DNA from: Patescibacteria group bacterium
GTDB taxonomy: Bacteria; Patescibacteriota; Microgenomatia; UBA1406; GWC2-37-13
Direction of reading: 5' to 3'
Length of the DNA stretch: 64,000 nucleotides
Assembly: GCA_023380935.1 (NCBI GenBank)
Contig: JAMCST010000009.1
Location: 27,760-91,759, forward strand
The notes under the pieces are model-generated. The model made no database searches. It saw nothing but the letters and a program-made list of their open reading frames with translations, and had not been told where the DNA came from. Positions 25,867-35,010 of the stretch are shown here, in pieces (position 1 is the first letter of the stretch; each line of letters starts with the position of its first letter). A program made the translations under genes and the position numbers.

Positions 25867-27234
25867 ATGAATCTCGCATTAGCTTTATTGTTTGCCGGCG
25901 CGTTTTTGCTGCGTTTGGTGGGTTTGCATCAATCGCTTTGGCTTGACGAGGCCACCACCGCCCGGGCAATCAGACAGTTTGGTTATGCCGGGTTGGTCAG
26001 CCGATTCTCGCCGTTTGACTTTCATCCCCCGCTCTATTACTGGTTGATTAAGGGATGGAGCAGCGTCTTCGGCTTGTCCGAGGCGGCGCTGCGCCTGCCG
26101 TCGGTGATCGCCGCATTACTGGCGGGTTATGGGGTTTATCTAATCGGTAAGGCCGTGAAAAACCAAGCGGTCGGGTTTTGGGCAACGGTGTTTTTTTTGG
26201 TGAATCCGTTGATTGTTTATTACTCCCAGGAGGCAAGGATGTACATGCTGGTAACGCTGTTTTTGGTGTGGTTGACTTATGCGGTTGTCAGACTGGAATC
26301 GCAGCCCCAGCGCTGGTCGCGTTGGCACCTGGTCGCGGGGTTGACTGCCTGTCTGAGTCTGCTGACGTTTTACGGCGCCGGTTTTTATCTGGCTTCGCTG
26401 TTTGTGTTGCTGATCCTGAAAAAGCGCTACCGTACCGCCGCGCTGATCGCCTCTGCCACGTTAATTACTGGTATGGCGTTATTCCCCCTGCTGCGTTTGC
26501 AGTTGGCCAATGCACGCGCCACTGTGCCGCTGGTGAAAAACTGGAGCGCGGTGCTGGGAAAAGCCACCCTGAAGAACCTCGTGCTGATCCCGATCAAGTT
26601 CAGTTCCGGCCGCATCAGTTTCTCTCCCAAACCGGTTTATTATCTGTTGGCCGGAATTTGGCTGCTGATTGTTGGGGCCGGCGTGGCGAACGGTGTGCGG
26701 CGTCACCGTTTTTTTGCCGGTTTGCTTTTTGCCCCGATAATTTTCGGCTGGTGCGCTTCTTTTATAACGCCGCTACTCCAGTATTTTCGCTTTTTGTATT
26801 TGCTGCCGGTCACATCGGTTTTGTTGGCGATCGGAGCCGGAACACTGCCCCGTTTTTTCCGGCGGATCCCGTCGTCCGCCATCAGGTTATTGATCGGGCT
26901 GGGGTTGGGACTTTGGTCGCTGGCCTATCTTGTCCTGCCGCAGTTCCACCGTGATGACTGGAAGAATTTGGCGGCTCAACTGCCCAGGCAGGCAAAAATA
27001 TACATGATCGTTCCTTCGGCCGACGCGCTGCTTTACTATCGACCGGATATTCGCTTGGCCGATGTCCAGTCGCTTAACCGATTGACGAAGACCGATCGCC
27101 GGTTGACCGTAATCCCCTATACTACGGAGATTTATGGCGTTGACTATCGTACACCCTTGAGAGCGCAAGGCTATCGTATCGTCCACGTCACGAACGCGCG
27201 CGGTTTGTCAATAGAATATTGGGAAAAAATATAG
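25867..27234 (+). CDS. GT-C (PMT/ArnT-like) membrane glycosyltransferase
   Basis: SLWLDEA, HPPLYY, LRLPS, YSQEARMY. Confidence 0.9.
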   Translation: MNLALALLFAGAFLLRLVGLHQSLWLDEATTARAIRQFGYAGLVSRFSPFDFHPPLYYWLIKGWSSVFGLSEAALRLPSVIAALLAGYGVYLIGKAVKNQAVGFWATVFFLVNPLIVYYSQEARMYMLVTLFLVWLTYAVVRLESQPQRWSRWHLVAGLTACLSLLTFYGAGFYLASLFVLLILKKRYRTAALIASATLITGMALFPLLRLQLANARATVPLVKNWSAVLGKATLKNLVLIPIKFSSGRISFSPKPVYYLLAGIWLLIVGAGVANGVRRHRFFAGLLFAPIIFGWCASFITPLLQYFRFLYLLPVTSVLLAIGAGTLPRFFRRIPSSAIRLLIGLGLGLWSLAYLVLPQFHRDDWKNLAAQLPRQAKIYMIVPSADALLYYRPDIRLADVQSLNRLTKTDRRLTVIPYTTEIYGVDYRTPLRAQGYRIVHVTNARGLSIEYWEKI

Positions 27235-27279
27235 TATGATTAGAGCTTGTGTCTAGGGTGATCAATTAATCAATTCTAT

Positions 27280-28251
27280 ATGAAAAAAACGGCCTTGATT
27301 ACCGGGATTCTCGGTCAGGACGGTCCATATTTGGCGCGTTTGTTGCTGGAAAAAGATTACAAAGTCTACGGTTTGGTCCGGCGTTATTCCAATCCCAACT
27401 TTTCCAACCTCGACTTTTTGGGGATTACCGACCGGGTCGAGTTTGTCGACGGCGACATGACCGACGAGTCATCGTTGATCAATGTTTTAAAAAACGTCCG
27501 TCCGGAAGAGGTCTATAACCTGGCGGCGCAGTCGTTTGTGGGCGGATCATGGGACCAGGCCAAGTTGACAACCGAGGTCAACGCCGTCGGCGTGCTCTAC
27601 CTGCTCAACGCCATCAAGTCGCTCTCGCCCCTGACAAAATACTATCAAGCCTCGACGTCGGAAATGTTCGGTCTGGGCAACACCAACGGCTATCAGGACG
27701 AAGCCACGCCGTTTCACCCGCGCAGTCCCTATGGCGTATCCAAGGTATACGCTTATTGGATGACGGTCAATTTCCGCGAGTCTTACCGTCTTTTTACCTG
27801 CAACGGCATTCTTTTCAATCATGAGTCTCCGATCCGTGGCATCCAGTTTGTCACGCGCAAGATCAGTGACGGGGTGGCCCGGATTAAACTCGGGTTAAAA
27901 AAAGAGCTGCGGTTGGGTAACCTCGACGCCAAACGCGACTGGGGCTTTGCCGGAGACTATGTTAAAGCAATGCACCTGATGCTGCAGCACGACCAGCCCG
28001 ACGACTATGTGGTGGGAACCGGTGAGAACCATAGCGTGCGCGAGTTCGTGGAAAAGGCCTTTAGCGCGGCGGGAATCAGCGACTGGAAGAAATACGTGGT
28101 GATTGACCCGCGCTACAAACGCCCGGCCGAGGTGCCGGACTTGAAGGCGAAGCCGGACAAGGCGCATCGGGTGCTGAAATGGCAGCCCGAGGCGTCGTTT
28201 GACGCTCTGGTAAAGATGATGGTCGAGGCCGACCTGCAGCGGTTGCAGTAG
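27280..28251 (+). CDS. gmd: GDP-mannose 4,6-dehydratase
   Basis: TGILGQDG, YNLAAQSFV, QASTSEMFG, PRSPYGVSK, NHESP, RDWG. Confidence 0.96.
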   Translation: MKKTALITGILGQDGPYLARLLLEKDYKVYGLVRRYSNPNFSNLDFLGITDRVEFVDGDMTDESSLINVLKNVRPEEVYNLAAQSFVGGSWDQAKLTTEVNAVGVLYLLNAIKSLSPLTKYYQASTSEMFGLGNTNGYQDEATPFHPRSPYGVSKVYAYWMTVNFRESYRLFTCNGILFNHESPIRGIQFVTRKISDGVARIKLGLKKELRLGNLDAKRDWGFAGDYVKAMHLMLQHDQPDDYVVGTGENHSVREFVEKAFSAAGISDWKKYVVIDPRYKRPAEVPDLKAKPDKAHRVLKWQPEASFDALVKMMVEADLQRLQ

Positions 28252-28774
28252 ATGGTTTTCTTCGCGGCAGGTGAGAAAGCCATCGTTGCGCCTGAGTCGT
28301 CAACTGGTCGCGCGGATGGGTTTGGGCAATGCGGTTATTGAGCAACGTCACAAGCAAACCGCCTCCATATGCGACAAGTAAGGTGGCGACGAGCGGATTA
28401 AAACTACTCTCTCTGACTGATTTAATCAGATTGATCCAGGTAGTGGGATTGATGGCGTTTAAGACTGGCACGGCGAGTAGAGTCGAGAGCGCCGGCCGTC
28501 CGGTTCTGTTATAGATGGCCGTGGCAACGGGATTGGCTGAGTAATTGGCCTTTTTTAATGTGTGGATTTCCCAGGCCGTGCCGATTCCCAGGGAAAGAGC
28601 GATGAAGGCCGCGCCCAGCAGGGCGAATTCCTGAGACGGAATCCGGGTGGTCATTTTTTCGACACCGATCGTCAGCGCTTGCTGAATCGCCGCGCCTAAT
28701 CCGAAACCCAGCACTCCCAAAGCCGAGCTGCCCGCCATGGCAATGCGCTTGTTTCTTCTTTCCGGATCCACCAT
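28076..28774 (-). CDS. Hypothetical membrane protein; 3' end overlaps gmd
   Basis: Hydrophobic helices. TATAAT lies 8 nt before ATG 28774. The last 176 nt are antisense to gmd. Confidence 0.55.
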   Translation of the reverse strand: MVDPERRNKRIAMAGSSALGVLGFGLGAAIQQALTIGVEKMTTRIPSQEFALLGAAFIALSLGIGTAWEIHTLKKANYSANPVATAIYNRTGRPALSTLLAVPVLNAINPTTWINLIKSVRESSFNPLVATLLVAYGGGLLVTLLNNRIAQTHPRDQLTTQAQRWLSHLPRRKPSTATAAGRPRPSSLPERQTTPRAAISAPDAPCPASPSSPAPRPGVCSAGQSPRISSSR

Positions 28775-28846
28775 ATGGAGCAATTATATACCATGACCAT
28801 CGGACTAGGAAAACAACGCCACTTTGATATAATATACTGTTATTGT

Positions 28847-29605
28847 ATGATCATTGGAGCGATACTGGCTGCCGGAAAAGGGACGCGGATCAATTCCCAT
28901 CAGATCAATAAAGTGACGCTGCCGTTCAACGGCAAGCGGCTGATTAACTATGCGGTTGATTTGTATAAAGGCATGGCCGACCGGACCATCGTGGTGGTGC
29001 ACGCGTTTGCCGACAGCGTCAAGGAAGCGCTGCGCGGCGAGTCGGTCGAGTTTGTCGACCAGTCGGCGCCGCTGGGTACCGGTCACGCTCTGAAGGTGGT
29101 AATTGACTACCTGGAAAAACAACGCTTGCCCGTTACCCAGGTATTGGTCGGCTATGGCGACCACATGATGTTTTACACCAGGGCGATTGTCCGCCAGCTC
29201 CTCCGGGCCCAGGCAAACCAGCAAGCCGTTGTCAGTCTGATTTCCGTCAAACATCCTGATCCGGACCAGTTGGCCTGGGGGCGGGTGGTACGCGACGGGT
29301 CGGGAAAGATCGTCAAGATCGTCGAGCAAAAAGACGCCACACCCGAGGAACGGAAGATCGAAGAGCTGAACGCCGGTTTTTACTGCTTTGATTATCAGTA
29401 TGCCAGGCAAACCAAGGATCAGATTAAAAAATCACCAGTGACCGGCGAGTATTACATCAACGAGTTCATCGACATGGCCATCAACTCAGGAAAAAAGATC
29501 GTTGCCCTGCCGGTTGATTTCCGCTTTGTCGGGATCGGCGTCAACACCACCGCTCAGTTACAAACCAGTCAGGCACTTTACACGCAGATAAAACACATGC
29601 CATGA
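28847..29605 (+). CDS. GlmU-like nucleotidyltransferase (N-terminal domain only)
   Basis: ILAAGKGTR, LGTGHA, YGD, IVEQKDAT, NAGFY, GEYY. No hexapeptide-repeat domain. Confidence 0.85.
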   Translation: MIIGAILAAGKGTRINSHQINKVTLPFNGKRLINYAVDLYKGMADRTIVVVHAFADSVKEALRGESVEFVDQSAPLGTGHALKVVIDYLEKQRLPVTQVLVGYGDHMMFYTRAIVRQLLRAQANQQAVVSLISVKHPDPDQLAWGRVVRDGSGKIVKIVEQKDATPEERKIEELNAGFYCFDYQYARQTKDQIKKSPVTGEYYINEFIDMAINSGKKIVALPVDFRFVGIGVNTTAQLQTSQALYTQIKHMP

Positions 29606-30135
29606 AACGCATCGGCTTGAATTATTTGGTCGTTTTCCTCGTTTTTTCCGGGATCTTCGTCGCTCTTTTTCACACTCCCCTATTGCGTCAACAGCAGGTG
29701 TTGTTTTACCGGGGATTGGGTTTGCTGGCGGCGGCCACCGTTTTGGTGGGACTGGGCGGCGTTTGGTGTCGCCGGCGTTGGAAACAGCCGGGTTGGGAAA
29801 CCTTTTTGGCGGCGCTGGTCATGAGCGTTGCCCTTAACTTGAGTTTTTTCGTGGTTTTTCCCGTGACTTTTGATCGGTCGGTGACGATGTTTTTGTTGAC
29901 CCGGTTGAGTCAGGCGCAACCGTCGGCATCATGCGCCGGTTTGACAACCGGCGAGTTGGAGCAACTGCTAATCAAGCAATACGTCAAATCGCAGGGCGCG
30001 GTGAATCGTCGGGTTAAAGAACAGACCTTGATTGGGATGGTTAAGACAAACGGTCACTGTGTTCAATCCACTGTCCGGACCGCCGCTTTTCTGCGTTTTG
30101 CCGATCTAGTGAGTAGAATCTATGCCTTACGTTGA
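29602..30135 (+). CDS. Hypothetical membrane protein
   Basis: Three TM helices, PVTFDRSVT. ATGA overlap with the upstream gene. Confidence 0.7.
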   Translation: MKRIGLNYLVVFLVFSGIFVALFHTPLLRQQQVLFYRGLGLLAAATVLVGLGGVWCRRRWKQPGWETFLAALVMSVALNLSFFVVFPVTFDRSVTMFLLTRLSQAQPSASCAGLTTGELEQLLIKQYVKSQGAVNRRVKEQTLIGMVKTNGHCVQSTVRTAAFLRFADLVSRIYALR

Positions 30136-30917
30136 CCCCGAGTTAAATAGTCAAAGTAAATCAGTCCTTCGTACCAGCCGCGCAGCGCTCCGGCCAGTAG
30201 GCCACGCCAGCCGTCGCGATAACCGCGGTGCCAGAAAAACCAGCGGCCGAACACATAGAACGGCATGACCACCATTTTGGCCAAGGCCAGGTATACGGGA
30301 GCGCTCATCGCGGCTGCCTCGATCCGGGCATAAAGCCGGAATTTGGCGACGGCATCTTTTAAGGTCGGGTGTGAGTAATGATTAAGACGGTTGGTTAAAT
30401 AACCGACGTTTCCCTTTACCTTAAACTGTTCGTGCACCGCTACCACCGGATCATAGCGGGCAAACTTAGGCCGGAACAAACGCACCAGCCGGTCGTAGTA
30501 CCAGTCCCCGCCCCGCAAAAACGCGCCGCAAAAAAACTGGTTTCTGGGAATGCCAAAGGCCACGATTTGGTTACGAGTTACGGGTTGCGAGTTAAGAATG
30601 ATAAGAATTTCATTTTTTAAGGCGTCGTTGACGGTTTCGTCGGCGTCGATCCTTAAGATCCAGTCGGTGGCGGCGTGGTCGATCGCCCAGTTGACGTTTT
30701 GCTGCACCAGGGTAAAATCCGGTTGGCGGATTGGGTGACGGACGATCACCTCGGCACCGGCTTGTTTAGCCAATGCGCCGGTCTGATCGTGTCCCATCCA
30801 GACCACCACGACCCGGTCGCACCAGGCCACGCTCTTGAGGCAGCGGCCGATGTGCTTTTCCTCGTTAAAAGCCGGAATGAGCGCGGTGATTGTCTGTCTT
30901 TTCCCTACTGCCACCAT
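30120..30917 (-). CDS. GT2 glycosyltransferase
   Basis: IPAFNEE, DWILRIDADE, VHEQ, LNHYS. Start at MVAVGK. Confidence 0.9.
   Translation of the reverse strand: MVAVGKRQTITALIPAFNEEKHIGRCLKSVAWCDRVVVVWMGHDQTGALAKQAGAEVIVRHPIRQPDFTLVQQNVNWAIDHAATDWILRIDADETVNDALKNEILIILNSQPVTRNQIVAFGIPRNQFFCGAFLRGGDWYYDRLVRLFRPKFARYDPVVAVHEQFKVKGNVGYLTNRLNHYSHPTLKDAVAKFRLYARIEAAAMSAPVYLALAKMVVMPFYVFGRWFFWHRGYRDGWRGLLAGALRGWYEGLIYFDYLTRGQRKA
30569..30596 (+). repeat. Degenerate 7-bp tandem repeat inside the GT2 gene
   Basis: GGTTACG AGTTACG GGTTGCG AGTTAAG. Confidence 0.65.
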
Positions 30918-32134
30918 GGTTGGTACCAGAAATGCCTGATGATTAATAATGTATATATTAATAAGTATAGCGCCATTCCTAAAGTGAGACGGTGGAAGTT
31001 GAACTGACGCCGGATCGAGCGTAGTCCGGTTATCCCTTGGACGACAAAGTAACCGAACGGCAGGGCGAGACTGGCCAGGTAACTGCCCTTGACCGAGTTG
31101 TAAAACGGATAGCGCACGGTAAAGACGGTGTACGACATCAACAGTACAACGCAGTAGACGAGAAAAATCCCTCCGGTTCGGGACCGGTTGCGCCACCAGG
31201 AAACAACGCCCAGGCCGGCCAGCCCCACCAGCGGCAGAGACAACAAAACAATCAGCGCGCCGATCTTGGAGAACACCACCACCGGTACCACCAGGTTGTG
31301 GCCGTCGTAAAACCAGGAAAAATAGGTGCCGGCCCAGAGCGAGTCAAACTGGGCGTGATAGAGGCGCATCCGCCAGAAATCACTTAGGTCGGTGAAAAAC
31401 TTCAGATCGCGGTAGCCCGGCGGCTGGGCGATGTGAAATTGGGGCAGGTCGATGTTGATCGGCGCCAGGCTGCCGTAATGAATCAGATTGCGCAGGTAGA
31501 ACCAGCCGGCGATCATCAACGCCAGCGCCACCGGTAGGCTTAGCCACCGGAGCATTTTTTCCCCCGGCGTCCTCATCCAGAACTGGTCGATGAAAAAACA
31601 CGGCAGCAGCAGCAAGGCGGTCGATTTGCTCAACAGCGCCAGCCCCAGGGCAACGCCGAAAATGACCCGGTAGCGTTGTTTTTGCCGGGCCATTACGTAA
31701 GTAATCAGGGCTAAGGAAATCATGGCGCTGGCAAACAGTTCATTGGAAACGGTCGGCGTCAGACTGATCAGCACCGGCAAAGCCGCAATGGTCATGCCTC
31801 CCAACAGCGCCAGGCGCATCTGTTTAAAGATCTGGTGAAAAAACCAGACAGCCGAAGCGGCCATAATCGCCCAACTGATTAAACCAACCAGTTTCATGGT
31901 AAAAAGATCGGGAGTGAGAGCGGTCACGAAATAATAGAGCGGCGGCTGGTACATCTCCCAACCGTCGGCGGCCAGCGGCACGCGCCAGTGGCGGCGGATA
32001 AAGTCGGCATAAGCCAGGTGGCCGGCCGCGTCAAACCCCCGTTTGACCGGATAAAACCAGACATTGTGCCACTGAAGGATAAACAGCGCCGCCAAGGCGG
32101 TCATTGAGACGGCCACAAACATTTTTTTATTCAT
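30905..32134 (-). CDS. GT-C-like membrane glycosyltransferase
   Basis: FDAAGH, YQPPLYY, VSNE, GLALLSKS, GWFYLRN. Confidence 0.8.
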   Translation of the reverse strand: MNKKMFVAVSMTALAALFILQWHNVWFYPVKRGFDAAGHLAYADFIRRHWRVPLAADGWEMYQPPLYYFVTALTPDLFTMKLVGLISWAIMAASAVWFFHQIFKQMRLALLGGMTIAALPVLISLTPTVSNELFASAMISLALITYVMARQKQRYRVIFGVALGLALLSKSTALLLLPCFFIDQFWMRTPGEKMLRWLSLPVALALMIAGWFYLRNLIHYGSLAPINIDLPQFHIAQPPGYRDLKFFTDLSDFWRMRLYHAQFDSLWAGTYFSWFYDGHNLVVPVVVFSKIGALIVLLSLPLVGLAGLGVVSWWRNRSRTGGIFLVYCVVLLMSYTVFTVRYPFYNSVKGSYLASLALPFGYFVVQGITGLRSIRRQFNFHRLTLGMALYLLIYTLLIIRHFWYQPWWQ

Positions 32135-33554
32135 AGGGAGCGATAATGGAGCGGAACCGGCCGTGAGCATCGGTGGTGATTACCACTTTGAGGCGGGGCG
32201 GCTGTTTGGCGATCTCGTCGGGATAGATCCAGCCGAACATCGTGTCGGCGCGGGACTGGGCCGGGCGCTGGCCGTAGACCATAAACAGATAACGCCAGCC
32301 GCCGTCGTAAAGATAGGGTTGCCGGGTGTCCAGATAAAACGCCCGTCCGGCGATCGCCCGGCTGGTGGCGACGACGAACCGTTTTTTGGCGCTTAACCCC
32401 TGGTTGGTCGGCCAGCTGAGCACGGTTAGCACCTGGTTAAAACAGATGACGGCCAGCAGACCCGCCAGTATCTTTCCCGGAGTCACCTGGAGCAGGTCGG
32501 CAAAGACCAGGGCAAGGAACGGGAAAAAGCCGAGATAGTAATAGTCAAGGATGGTGCCGGGAAAAAAGAAAAACATCAGGATATATAAAAGGACGACGAC
32601 GGTCAAGTATCGCTGGGCCAGATTTTTCCGCTTGGTTGACCAGATCAGTAGGGTAAGAACCGAAACCGACGTCAGCACCAGTTGCTGGAATGGGTTGGCA
32701 ACGTCCATAATCCAGTAGTGGGATAAAGTACTGACAAAAACGGACGCGTGTTGTCTAATGGTGGTGGTGATGGCTGTTTGTCCAGTTTGACCCAACAGAT
32801 GAAACGGTACTTTCCAGTTGTCAAAATGATGGGAAAAATCAAACACCAGCAATGGCGAGTAAACCAGAAGGAAAACGAACGCGGACGCCAGCATCAGGAG
32901 AATTGGCGGTCGGTGCCTGATGACGGTTTTGAGCGCGAAAAAAACCAGCAACGGCAAAAACAGGAAAAGCGAGGCATGAATGTGTAATATGGCGCCGGCG
33001 AGAAAAGCCAGAAGCAATAAAAAACGCGGGTGTTTTTCGATCTTGACCAGTGTCCAGTAAATTAAAATGGCGGCCAGCGGCACGCAGGTCGAGTTCCAGA
33101 ACCGCCGGTCATACTGAACGATAAAAGCCGACAGTCCGTACAGCGCCGTGGCGATCAGGGCGACGCGGCGGGAAAACAAGTCGCGGCCGACCAGATAAAA
33201 TACCGTGATGGTCACAATACCGGTCAAAGCCGCAGCATAAGCCAGAACCACCGGATCACCGTGACTAAGCCACAGCAGCAAGGCGTGCCAGTAAACCAGT
33301 CCGGGGCCGAGGTAAAAGCCGGTATTGGCGGCCGACAAACCGATCCAGATCGGATGGAAATCTTTTACCTGAGCCCAGCCGAGCAACGATTGGTATTCTT
33401 CATCAATGCCGAAATAAAACAGGCCGGCCACCCGATAAAGATGGAGAAAAATCACCAGCGCCACTACCGACAACTCCGGCCAGTATTGGCGTAACCGCGC
33501 CGCAACGATGGAAAAGCCGGATCGGTATTTCTTAATTTTGGACAATGTAACCAT
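32127..33554 (-). CDS. GT-C (ArnT-like) glycosyltransferase, paralog 3
   Basis: DEEYQ...FHPIWIG...YLGPG, YDRRFWN, GGWRYLF, GWIYPDEI. Confidence 0.85.
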   Translation of the reverse strand: MVTLSKIKKYRSGFSIVAARLRQYWPELSVVALVIFLHLYRVAGLFYFGIDEEYQSLLGWAQVKDFHPIWIGLSAANTGFYLGPGLVYWHALLLWLSHGDPVVLAYAAALTGIVTITVFYLVGRDLFSRRVALIATALYGLSAFIVQYDRRFWNSTCVPLAAILIYWTLVKIEKHPRFLLLLAFLAGAILHIHASLFLFLPLLVFFALKTVIRHRPPILLMLASAFVFLLVYSPLLVFDFSHHFDNWKVPFHLLGQTGQTAITTTIRQHASVFVSTLSHYWIMDVANPFQQLVLTSVSVLTLLIWSTKRKNLAQRYLTVVVLLYILMFFFFPGTILDYYYLGFFPFLALVFADLLQVTPGKILAGLLAVICFNQVLTVLSWPTNQGLSAKKRFVVATSRAIAGRAFYLDTRQPYLYDGGWRYLFMVYGQRPAQSRADTMFGWIYPDEIAKQPPRLKVVITTDAHGRFRSIIAPYE

Positions 33555-35010
33555 AATAGACGCCGGACTGGAATATGGCCGTCGGCCGGCCGGGCAGGCG
33601 TTCGGCCGGGTACTCGGACACCACTACGTTGATTTCCGGTTTGGCGCGGCTGATTTCGTCGGGATAGATCCAGCCGAAAAACTGGTCGGCCGACGAGGCG
33701 CTCGGGGTTTTCCCGTAGGCCTTGAATAAATAACGCCAACCGCCGGACGAATGATACGGGCGTTTGTCCGGCGACAGGGTGGTCAGATAGAAAGTTTTGT
33801 CGCTAAAATACGGCAGCATTTTTTTTATCAGGTTTTTGCGTGCCGTCAGTCCGTATTGAGTTTGGGTGGTGGTGGCCAGTACGGTGGTGTTAGCCAGGAC
33901 AAAGACGATCACAGCCACGATGGCCAACGGCCGCGGCAGCTGGCGGAAAAACCGGCCAAGCGCCATGGTAAAAAGCGCCACAAACCCGAGGAGAAAATAC
34001 TGGACCGTGCCGGCCGAGTAGGTTAAAAAAGCCAAGGCAAACAAACTCAGGCTGATTGTCAGCAACCTGATGGTTTTATTATGCCGCGACTGCCAAATCA
34101 ACCAGACAAACACTACCGCTCCCAACGCGATCAGCGCCGGATAACCCGGGCTGGTCTGGCCGTGGATTCCCAGACCAAACTCGTCCTGGATGTTGGTATG
34201 AAGTTTGAGGAAAAAAAAGTTGGAGACCACCTTTTCCAGCGCCGGAAGATTACCGACCAGGTTGCCGGCGCCGCGGTTGCTGGTAAAGAACTTGGCGACA
34301 AACCGCACCGGCATCAGTAGGTTGTCAAAACGGTGGACCAGATCAAAGACGATCAACGGAGAAACCACCAGCAGATAACCGCCGACCATCATTAGCCAGT
34401 TGGCCGGATTGATTTTTTTCCGGGTCTGCCAGACGACCACCACGGCGATCGGCCAAAACGCCAAAAGCGACAGATGGACGTGGAGGGCGGTCGCAAGCAG
34501 AATGGCCGTGACGATCAACCAGCGCGGTTGTTTGGGCGCCCGCACCAGACTGTAAAACAGCCAGACACTGATAAAGGCAATCGGGGTCGGATTCCAGAAC
34601 CGCCGGTCAAAATAGGCCACAAATACCGAAGCGGCGTAAAACAGCCCGGCAAATAATGCGCTGGTCTTATCGAACAATCGTCGACTGATCCAGTAAACAC
34701 TTAAGGTGGTGATAACGCCAAACCCCGAGGCAAAGTAGGCCAGGATGATCGGATCGGAAGTAATACTCAGCAAGAGTGCGGTCAGGTAGGTAAAACCCGG
34801 CCCCAGGTAAAAGCCGACGTTGGAAGCGCTCACGCCGATCCAGATCGGATGGAAATTTTTGACCTGTTCCCAGGCAAGTAACGTCTGGTATTCTTCGTCA
34901 AAATTGAAAGTGAACCAGTCACCGATTTTGTAAAAGCGGAAAAACGCCGAAACGAGAACAATCATTATCAAAAACCAGTTTGACTTTATTTTGTTGACAA
35001 TATTATTCAT
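33532..35010 (-). CDS. GT-C (ArnT-like) glycosyltransferase, paralog 2
   Basis: Same motif set as its neighbours. Start placed at MNNIV. Confidence 0.85.
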   Translation of the reverse strand: MNNIVNKIKSNWFLIMIVLVSAFFRFYKIGDWFTFNFDEEYQTLLAWEQVKNFHPIWIGVSASNVGFYLGPGFTYLTALLLSITSDPIILAYFASGFGVITTLSVYWISRRLFDKTSALFAGLFYAASVFVAYFDRRFWNPTPIAFISVWLFYSLVRAPKQPRWLIVTAILLATALHVHLSLLAFWPIAVVVVWQTRKKINPANWLMMVGGYLLVVSPLIVFDLVHRFDNLLMPVRFVAKFFTSNRGAGNLVGNLPALEKVVSNFFFLKLHTNIQDEFGLGIHGQTSPGYPALIALGAVVFVWLIWQSRHNKTIRLLTISLSLFALAFLTYSAGTVQYFLLGFVALFTMALGRFFRQLPRPLAIVAVIVFVLANTTVLATTTQTQYGLTARKNLIKKMLPYFSDKTFYLTTLSPDKRPYHSSGGWRYLFKAYGKTPSASSADQFFGWIYPDEISRAKPEINVVVSEYPAERLPGRPTAIFQSGVYYGYIVQN

